A stretch of DNA of 32,000 nucleotides from Hespellia stercorisuis DSM 15480 (GTDB taxonomy: Bacteria; Bacillota; Clostridia; Lachnospirales; Lachnospiraceae), in contig NZ_FQZY01000039.1 in the NCBI RefSeq assembly GCF_900142165.1, forward strand, positions 1 to 32,000, given 5' to 3'. Below, in pieces: positions 25,591 through 31,761 of the stretch (position 1 is its first letter; every line of letters starts with the position of its first letter). The notes beneath the pieces were generated by a model. The model did no database searches and was not told the DNA's origin. It saw only the letters and a list, made by a program, of their open reading frames with translations. Made by a program: the position numbers and the translations under genes.

Positions 25591-25636
25591 GACAAGATCC
25601 ATGGCGGACGAAATCTGCTGTGGATCTTGTCTTTTT
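25591..25636 (+). terminator. Rho-independent terminator ending the pilus/giant-pilin transcription unit
   Basis: 11-bp perfect stem GACAAGATCCA (25591-25601) / TGGATCTTGTC (25621-25631), followed by TTTTT (25632-25636). Confidence 0.8.
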
Positions 25637-25689
25637 GAGCATTCACTTTGCTGTTTCTATCATTTTTCATTCCAAAAGTTACATTTGAT

Positions 25690-25719
25690 GTGACAGACAG
25701 CACCCGTAAGTGTTAAAAT
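25690..25719 (+). promoter_or_regulatory. Candidate sigma-A promoter of the orphan pilin gene
   Basis: GTGACA (25690-25695), 18-nt spacer, then TGt-TAAAAT (25711-25719, extended -10). Confidence 0.45.
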
Positions 25720-25777
25720 ATGGATATGATAAACGGGAGTGAGATGGGGACAGGTTTGTTGAAGGAGCAGGATGAAT

Positions 25778-26608
25778 ATGAAACAGAGAGAAAAAAATCA
25801 GGGCTTTACGTTGGCAGAGCTTTTGATCGTGATTGCAATTATCGCGGTTCTGGTGGCGGTATCGATCCCGCTGTTTACGAACCGTTTGAAGAAAGCGCGA
25901 GAAGCGACATGTGCGGCAAACTGTAAGACTTTGCAGCGGCATATAGTTGCGGAGCTGCTGGATGAAAAAGATGCGGGGGAAACACCGGAGACATTGCTGC
26001 CTGTGATGATTGAAAAAGATGATGCGAAGTGTCCGAGCGAAGGCGTTTTTTCTATTTCACCCAGCGGTGCGACACTGGAGACGGGATTTAAAGTGGTGTG
26101 CTCAAAACATGGCAGTGTGCCTTCCTTTGGCGATGCGACGCAGAGAGAGAAGATATTACAGATATTAAGTGAGGCAAAGAATGGAGATAAGTTAGTATCC
26201 AGAGTCGATTCAGGAGCAGCAGAACTTCCGAGTGCAGCAAAGGAGGCCGTTGCGACTTTGAAGAAGGCCGGATTTGATTTTGAAAAAATGGGGGCAAAAT
26301 CCTGGAGCTATGTTCGGGGGAAATCAGAGGGAGAAGCATTTCTTTACTGGTCAACAGAGGACATCTCAGATCGTGAACCGGGCACAACGGTACCGGTCAT
26401 GCGTTATAATCAGAAAACAGGGACTTATACGGTATGGATCGCGACGGTGACGAAGAAAACGGAGGATACGGTTGGAACGTATAATGTGTATGATTCTTAT
26501 GCAGGATACGGTGAAAGCATAAATCAATCTAAGGACAAGCAGACCTACGAGAATATGCTGCAGTTCTATGAGAAGGCATTAAAAGAACAGGCATCAAAAG
26601 AACAGTAG
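25778..26608 (+). CDS. Orphan large type IV pilin (276 aa from ATG 25778; 278 aa from ATG 25772)
   Basis: RBS GAAGGAG (25761-25767) favours ATG 25778. MKQREKNQG|FTLAELLIVIAIIAVLVAVSIPLFTNRLKKAREAT is nearly identical in protein to the pilA N-terminus but differs at many synonymous sites. Four Cys (CAANC...C...C). Confidence 0.8.
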   Translation: MKQREKNQGFTLAELLIVIAIIAVLVAVSIPLFTNRLKKAREATCAANCKTLQRHIVAELLDEKDAGETPETLLPVMIEKDDAKCPSEGVFSISPSGATLETGFKVVCSKHGSVPSFGDATQREKILQILSEAKNGDKLVSRVDSGAAELPSAAKEAVATLKKAGFDFEKMGAKSWSYVRGKSEGEAFLYWSTEDISDREPGTTVPVMRYNQKTGTYTVWIATVTKKTEDTVGTYNVYDSYAGYGESINQSKDKQTYENMLQFYEKALKEQASKEQ

Positions 26609-26653
26609 TGAAAACGTGCGGATCAGAGTCACAGATGAGGCAGCAGGCAGAGT

Positions 26654-28759
26654 ATGAAAATCAGACTTTTCCCAACATTAAAAAATTATGATAAAAAGAA
26701 TCTCCCGTCAGATATTCTGGCGGGAGTGATTGTGGCGGCAATCTCCATCCCCATTTCCATGGGATATGCGCAGATTGCAGGGCTGCCGGCAGTATATGGG
26801 CTGTATGGCTCTTTGCTGCCTATTTTTGTATTTGCTGTATTTTCCACATCACCGCAGATGATATTCGGCGTGGATGCGGCTCCGGCGGCTATTCTCGGTG
26901 GCGTGGTGGCTGCGGCGGGAGTGACGGCGGGCTCAGCGGAGGCGGTGCACCTGGTTCCGGTGATCACATTTTTTACCGCAGTCTGGCTGTTTTTGTTCTC
27001 CGCTTTCAAAGCGGGCCGGCTGGTCAAGTACATATCTGCACCGGTCATGGGCGGTTTTATCAGTGGAATTGGTGTGACGATTATTCTGATGCAGCTGCCG
27101 AAGCTTTATGGCGGACGTGCGGGCACAGGAGAACTGGTGGAGCTTGTGGAGAACATCGGGGAGACGGTCGGGAATGCGAATTTACTCTCGTTGGCACTTG
27201 GGGTCGGCACGCTGGCAATCATTCTGTTTACGAAGCGGATCAATCCGAAGATTCCCATGGCGGTTGTCATGATGGCGGTGGGCGCGGGAATGCAGTTGGT
27301 GTTTCATCTGGACGAGAAAGGTGTGGCACTGCTCCCGGCTGTGGAGCGCGGACTGCCACATTTGGCAGTGCCGGAGACCTCTGCCCTCGGTGTGACGGAG
27401 GGGCTGGGGATGAGCCTTGCGGTGGCGATCGTGATTCTGGCAGAAACGCTGCTGTCTTCCAATAATTTTGCTATGAAAAATGACTATAAACTGAAAGATA
27501 ATCAGGAGATCTTCACCTATGCAGTGGCAAATGCTGCCGGTGCATTTACGGGGTGCTGCGTTACCAGCGGAAGTGTATCGCGGACGGTGATGGCGGAGCA
27601 GTACGGGGCGAAGACCCAGCTGATGTCGATCGTGGCGAGTGTTGCAATGGGGCTGCTTTTGCTGTTCGGAACGGGATTTATCGGGTATCTGCCGGTGCCG
27701 GTCCTGACGGCAATCGTTATCTCGGCACTGATCAGTGTGGTGGAGGCAGATCTGGCGGTCCGGCTGTTCCGGGAGGACCAGGGGGAATTTAAGATATTTA
27801 TGGGAGCATTTCTGGGGGTCCTGGTTCTGGGAACTATTTACGGCGTTATGCTTGGCGTCGTGCTCTCGTTTATCACGCTGCTCGGAAAGGCAATCAATCC
27901 GCCGAAGGAATTTCTGGGGACAATCCCGGGACATACGCGTTTTTACAGTCTGCGGAGAAACCGCAATGCAAGGCCGATTCGGGGCGTGGTCATCTACCGG
28001 TTCAGCGGGAATCTGTTTTTTGCCAATGTGGACGGCTTTCAGAATGACATCGAGCGCAGCATCCGGGAGGACACGAAGGTGGTGATCGTGGATGCCAGCG
28101 GCATGACCAGCATTGACATCACAGCGGCAGACCGGCTGAAGCTGTTGAATGAGAAGATGAAAAAGCAGAGAATCCGTTTTTATATCACGGAGCACATCGG
28201 GGAGATCAACGATCAGTTCCGGAAGATGGGATGCGGTCATCTGGTGGAGGATGGTGTGGCGAGGCGGACGATTTCGCTGGCTCTGGCGGATGCCGGATAT
28301 ATCAGGCCGTATCCGACCGAGGGAGAGACGCAGGCACAGGCGCAGCAGAGCGGCAGGCAGGTGCGGGATAATTTTGTGATCAATGAATTTGAGTGGGCAT
28401 TCGGAAAGGACGCCGGAGATGAGCTGGAAAAACATGTGCAGGAGATCCTGAAACATGCACAGCCGACGGATAACCGGGAGGAGACGCTGGATGCGCTTTT
28501 GCATGAGAGCAGCAGCTGGCATGCGATGGGCAGCATTGAGGAGGATGATCTGCTGCAACGTCTGGAACAGCATTTGCCGGAACTGGCACACAGACTGGGC
28601 TGGCGGGAGCAGGATGTGGATTCGCGGATACTGATGCGCAGGCACCAGATCGAGGAACGTCTGGAGCGGGATAATCCGGAACTGTACGGCAGACTGCGGG
28701 AGCACCGAAAGCAGATGCACAGAGGCGATGACGGGGAGCAGAAGAAAGAGATGGAATAA
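26654..28759 (+). CDS. SulP-family anion transporter with STAS domain and a ~150-aa charged C-terminal extension
   Basis: N-terminus LPSDILAGVIVAAISIPISMGYAQIAGLPAVYGLYGSLLP is the SulP signature region, followed by multiple TM helices. STAS-like segment VVIYRFSGNLFFANVDGF...VVIVDASGMTSIDITAADRL. The tail beyond ~aa 555 is helical and charged and recalls no domain I recognise. Confidence 0.88.
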   Translation: MKIRLFPTLKNYDKKNLPSDILAGVIVAAISIPISMGYAQIAGLPAVYGLYGSLLPIFVFAVFSTSPQMIFGVDAAPAAILGGVVAAAGVTAGSAEAVHLVPVITFFTAVWLFLFSAFKAGRLVKYISAPVMGGFISGIGVTIILMQLPKLYGGRAGTGELVELVENIGETVGNANLLSLALGVGTLAIILFTKRINPKIPMAVVMMAVGAGMQLVFHLDEKGVALLPAVERGLPHLAVPETSALGVTEGLGMSLAVAIVILAETLLSSNNFAMKNDYKLKDNQEIFTYAVANAAGAFTGCCVTSGSVSRTVMAEQYGAKTQLMSIVASVAMGLLLLFGTGFIGYLPVPVLTAIVISALISVVEADLAVRLFREDQGEFKIFMGAFLGVLVLGTIYGVMLGVVLSFITLLGKAINPPKEFLGTIPGHTRFYSLRRNRNARPIRGVVIYRFSGNLFFANVDGFQNDIERSIREDTKVVIVDASGMTSIDITAADRLKLLNEKMKKQRIRFYITEHIGEINDQFRKMGCGHLVEDGVARRTISLALADAGYIRPYPTEGETQAQAQQSGRQVRDNFVINEFEWAFGKDAGDELEKHVQEILKHAQPTDNREETLDALLHESSSWHAMGSIEEDDLLQRLEQHLPELAHRLGWREQDVDSRILMRRHQIEERLERDNPELYGRLREHRKQMHRGDDGEQKKEME

Positions 28760-28880
28760 AATGAGCCTTTGCTGGTCCGGAGGGAGCTCTTGCGGGGCAG
28801 GAAAGAGCAGCTGCCGGGAATAAGAGGAAAAGCAGAGAACCGGATTGTGAATGTCCGTTTTACTGAAAATAAGTGAAGAT

Positions 28881-29010
28881 ATAAATACGGATAAATGCAG
28901 ATGAATACAGATAAATGCAGATGAATGCGGATAGATGCAGATAAATTCGGATGAGTACGAATAAATAAGGGTAAAATGCGAATGACTGATTAAATTGACA
29001 GATAAATTAT
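28881..29010. repeat. Phased 10-bp tandem repeat array (about 9 clear and 4 degenerate units)
   Basis: ATAAATACGG ATAAATGCAG ATGAATACAG ATAAATGCAG ATGAATGCGG ATAGATGCAG ATAAATTCGG ATGAGTACGA ATAAATAAGG GTAAAATGCG AATGACTGAT TAAATTGACA GATAAATTAT. Consensus AT(A/G)AAT(G/A)C(A/G)G. The array ends ~30 bp upstream of the -35 at 29041. Confidence 0.85.
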
Positions 29011-29040
29011 GTGTGAAATGAGAAAACTATAAAAATAGTG

Positions 29041-29069
29041 TTTACAAATCAAAAGAAGTGTGATAATAT
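29041..29069 (+). promoter_or_regulatory. Strong candidate sigma-A promoter of non-coding unit A
   Basis: TTTACA (29041-29046), 17-nt spacer, then TGa-TAATAT (29061-29069, extended -10). Confidence 0.55.
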
Positions 29070-29075
29070 AAATAC

Positions 29076-29415
29076 AACAAAAGAAGAAAAGGAATAAAAA
29101 ACAAGAAAAAAGAATCATGAGTAAAACACTTGTGAGGAGAATAAAATAAAGAAAGAGAGGTACAGTCCACCAAAATATTAAACGTAATTTAAAAAATCCT
29201 ACAATGCAAAGTAGGTAAAACTAAAAAACCTAATTTAATGAATCTGAAAGATGATGAAAAATCCACGGATTATGCAATCCACAGAAGAAAAGATAAGGAT
29301 TTCAAAAACAAATCACAAAGAACAGGTTCGAGAAAGAGGTCAAAAGTATGATAGAGATATCACAGTAAGATGGGTGTTGATCGTAGTATAAGGTTGATGC
29401 CCATCTTTCAGTTTG
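29076..29415 (+). ncRNA. Candidate ~340-nt non-coding transcript A (unclassified), paralogous to unit B
   Basis: Bounded by the promoter at 29041 and the hairpin/U-rich tail at 29367-29415. No + strand gene lies downstream. Purine-rich 5' end (29076-29115). Conserved box GGTACAGTCCACCAAAATATT (29159-29179), shared with 31383-31404. No RBS-preceded ORF. Confidence 0.3.
29367..29415 (+). terminator. Candidate terminator of unit A
   Basis: AAGATGGG (29367-29374) / CCCATCTT (29400-29407), with wobble-rich extension of the stem, then TCAGTTTGTGT. Confidence 0.4.
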
Positions 29416-29431
29416 TGTATAAATAACAGTG

Positions 29432-29501
29432 CTGCGGTCTAAACGTCCGCAGGCAATGAATACTCCCCGCTGCTGGTGCTCTTCACGCCGGCAGTGGGGA
29501 G
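29432..29501 (-). terminator. Two hairpins downstream of the symporter gene (minus-strand terminator region)
   Basis: On the minus strand, CTCCCCACTGC...GCAGCGGGGAG (29501-29463; 11 bp, 1 mismatch) starts 11 nt after the stop. Then CTGCGG-9 nt-CCGCAG (29452-29432), followed by CACTGTTATTT. Confidence 0.45.
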
Positions 29502-29512
29502 GGAGATGTCTG

Positions 29513-30925
29513 TTATTTGGATCTTGCAGTTTTAGAAGCAGTAATTTCTTTTTGAAATTCCTGTACGTCCTTTGCCACAGTGCTGCTCAGTGCCAGCATG
29601 CAGATCAGATTCGGGATGGCCATCAGCGCATTTGCAATATCGGAAAAATTCCAAACAATATCCAGTGCGGTGGTAGCGCCTATGTATACGATCAGTGAGA
29701 AGACAATGCGGTAGACCATGTTATATTTGTGTGTTTGAAACAGGTACTCGAAGGCCTTTTCGCCGTGGTATTCCCAGCCAAGAATTGTGGAGAATGCAAA
29801 CAGTGTGATTCCGATGGAAACCAGCCATCCGCCTGCACCGCCGAGCACCGTGGAAAAGGCAGCGATGGTGAGGGTCGAACCGGTCATCAGTTCTCCGGTT
29901 ACAGGATCCACGGTTCCAAGGACGCCGGAGCTTGCGATACACAGACCGGTAATGGTACAGACAACGATGGTATCCCAGAACGTACCGGTCATGTTGATGT
30001 AGCCCTGACGAACCGGATTATCCGTGGTTGCGGCAGCGGCGGTGATGGCAGCAGAACCCATACCTGCTTCGTTGGAGAAGACACCGCGTGCAACACCAAA
30101 ACGCATGGCATTCATCATGGCGGCGGTGATGCTGCCGCACAGACCGCCGCCGACAGCTTTGACGCTGAAAGCCATTTTAAAAATCATGGCAAGGCCGGAA
30201 GGTACATTTTCAATGTTGCCGATGATGACGATCAGACCTGCGATTACATAAAAGACGGCCATGAACGGTACTACGACAGAAGAAACCCTGGAGATGTACT
30301 GAATACCGCCGACAATGATGATCAGTGCGAGTACGGTAAGAACTACGCCGGTAATTGGTGTTGCAATTCCGAAAGTCGTATCCAGCGCGCTGGAAATGGA
30401 GTTCGCCTGTGTCAGGTTACCAATTCCGAAGGAGGCGATGACTGCGAACAGTGCGAAGATCCATCCCATGGCAGCGCCGAAGGTCTTATTCTTAAATGCT
30501 TTCTTCATCGTGTACATGGGACCGCCGGACATTTCCCCTTTTTCATTGACTTCGCGGTATTTGATAGCCAGCATGCACTCTGTGAACTTGGAGGAGAGAC
30601 CGAACAGGGCGGAGATCCACATCCACACCAGGGCACCGGGACCGCCGGACACCATGGCGGTGGCGACACCTACGATGTTGCCTGTTCCGATGGTCGCCGC
30701 AAGCGCAGTTGTCAGTGCAGAGAAAGGAGAAATATCTCCCTCGCCCCGCTTGGTGGTACGCGCCTCTTTGCTGAGCGTGCTCCTCAAGGCGTAACCTAAG
30801 TTCCGCCAGGGCAGAAATTTCATTCTTATTGTTAAAAAGATTCCGGTACCGACTAAAAGAACCAGCATGACTGGTCCCCAGACGATACTATCAATGGTGG
30901 ACAGGATGTTTGAAAAAGTTTTCAT
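29513..30925 (-). CDS. Alanine/glycine:cation symporter (AGCS, sodium:alanine symporter family)
   Basis: RBS AAGGGAG (30940-30934) lies 8 nt before ATG 30925, giving 470 aa; the track start at 30985 falls in the leader hairpin. Family-typical motifs: GDISPFSALTTALAATIGTGNIVGVATA, GGPGALVWMW, SNEAGMGSAAI. Confidence 0.92.
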   Translation of the reverse strand: MKTFSNILSTIDSIVWGPVMLVLLVGTGIFLTIRMKFLPWRNLGYALRSTLSKEARTTKRGEGDISPFSALTTALAATIGTGNIVGVATAMVSGGPGALVWMWISALFGLSSKFTECMLAIKYREVNEKGEMSGGPMYTMKKAFKNKTFGAAMGWIFALFAVIASFGIGNLTQANSISSALDTTFGIATPITGVVLTVLALIIIVGGIQYISRVSSVVVPFMAVFYVIAGLIVIIGNIENVPSGLAMIFKMAFSVKAVGGGLCGSITAAMMNAMRFGVARGVFSNEAGMGSAAITAAAATTDNPVRQGYINMTGTFWDTIVVCTITGLCIASSGVLGTVDPVTGELMTGSTLTIAAFSTVLGGAGGWLVSIGITLFAFSTILGWEYHGEKAFEYLFQTHKYNMVYRIVFSLIVYIGATTALDIVWNFSDIANALMAIPNLICMLALSSTVAKDVQEFQKEITASKTARSK

Positions 30926-30970
30926 AAATATTGCTCCCTTCATTCTCATAGTAATCTTATTGAAATATAT

Positions 30971-31012
30971 AAAAAAAGAGAACATAAATGTCTTGGCGAC
31001 ACCGATGTCCTC
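30971..31012 (-). terminator. Hairpin plus U7 in the 5' leader of the symporter gene (possible attenuator)
   Basis: Minus strand: GAGGACAT (31012-31005) / ATGTTCTC (30985-30978), 8 bp including one G-U pair. An inner helix GGUGUC/GACAUU is possible. TTTTTTT follows (30977-30971), 45 nt upstream of the ATG. Confidence 0.4.
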
Positions 31013-31252
31013 GTTTCTTCATATTGTACTATAATATTTTGAAAATGCAAGAAAAATGTTAAATTTTTGAAAAGTTTTTTTGCGTTTTGAAAATACGCTA
31101 TTGAAGCATAAAAAAGAAAAGCAGAAAATTGCAAGTGAATGAAAACAGAGAAAGCAGCTTGCCGTATTGACGAAAGAATAAGATTAAATGGAGATTAAGA
31201 ATTGAATTGACAGAAAATTAATATAAAAATACATAAAAGAAAGATAAAAGTA

Positions 31253-31281
31253 TTGACATCCTATGAATTAAATGCTAATAT
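31253..31281 (+). promoter_or_regulatory. Strong candidate sigma-A promoter of non-coding unit B
   Basis: TTGACA (31253-31258), 17-nt spacer, then TGc-TAATAT (31273-31281). Same architecture and same -10 hexamer as the promoter at 29041. Confidence 0.55.
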
Positions 31282-31287
31282 GAATTC

Positions 31288-31527
31288 AAGAAATAAAACA
31301 GAAGAAAAGAAAAAAAGAAACAAAAATCTTAAGAAATTTATCCGACGAGAAAAGATAATTCTTAAGAAATTTATGAAAGGAAGGTACAGACCACCAGAAA
31401 TATTCTAAAACCGTAAGGTTAGCAAACAAAAAAATTGAAGTGAGGTATAATCCATTGGAGACATCGAATTAGAAAGTGGACATTAATTGAAAGATACGAT
31501 TAATGTTCACTTTCATTTTGCGTTTTG
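31288..31527 (+). ncRNA. Candidate ~240-nt non-coding transcript B (unclassified), paralogous to unit A
   Basis: Purine-rich 5' end (31288-31325). Internal direct repeat TCTTAAGAAATTTAT x2 (31327, 31361). Conserved box GGTACAGACCACCAGAAATATT (31383-31404), followed by a small CGTAA hairpin as in unit A. Ends at a strong terminator. Confidence 0.3.
31473..31527 (+). terminator. Rho-independent terminator of unit B
   Basis: 15-bp stem AAAGTGGACATTAAT (31473-31487) / ATTAATGTTCACTTT (31499-31513) with one G-U pair and an 11-nt loop, followed by CATTTTGCGTTTTGT. Confidence 0.65.
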
Positions 31528-31540
31528 TACAAAAATGTGC

Positions 31541-31600
31541 AAAAGTGCAATTGGGGACGTAGCAAAGTTGCAACTTTGCTACGTCCCCAATTGCACTTTT
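31541..31600. repeat. Perfect 60-bp palindrome (30-bp arms, no spacer)
   Basis: AAAAGTGCAATTGGGGACGTAGCAAAGTTG|CAACTTTGCTACGTCCCCAATTGCACTTTT. The reverse complement of 31541-31570 equals 31571-31600 exactly. It is flanked by A4 and T4, so it could act as a bidirectional terminator. Confidence 0.95.
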
Positions 31601-31654
31601 GACCTGTCCCTAAATGACTTATGGTGCGGGCTTCTGAATTTTCTGATTTGGGTG

Positions 31655-31684
31655 TTGTGTAAGTGAAGTTATCTGTGATAAAAT
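31655..31684 (+). promoter_or_regulatory. Candidate promoter of the WYL-type regulator gene
   Basis: TTGTGT (31655-31660), 18-nt spacer, then TGa-TAAAAT (31676-31684). Confidence 0.3.
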
Positions 31685-31761
31685 ATATAAGATAAATGAA
31701 GCTGTCTGGGGGCATATGGTTTCATTTGCAAGGGGATTAGCTGAGAAGGGGAGATTATCAG

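Noticed and set aside
28881-29010. Possible CRISPR array (also considered for 3464-3538 and 5246-5308)
   Set aside because: The units are 10, 15 and 21 bp and directly abutting, with no unique spacers. There are no cas genes and no ~28-37-bp repeats. These are simple tandem repeats.
29238-29351. 37-codon, very basic ORF inside non-coding unit A (MNLKDDEKSTDYAIHRRKDKDFKNKSQRTGSRKRSKV); also 10-11-codon ORFs at 29117-29149 and 31373-31408
   Set aside because: There is no Shine-Dalgarno sequence in front of them, and no counterpart ORF in the paralogous unit B. The box conserved between A and B is not in a shared frame with a start codon. A small protein cannot be excluded without ribosome profiling.
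31500-31715. 71-aa minus-strand ORF spanning the 60-bp palindrome
   Set aside because: It is created by the palindrome and an AT-rich spacer. It has no RBS and its sequence is implausible as a protein.
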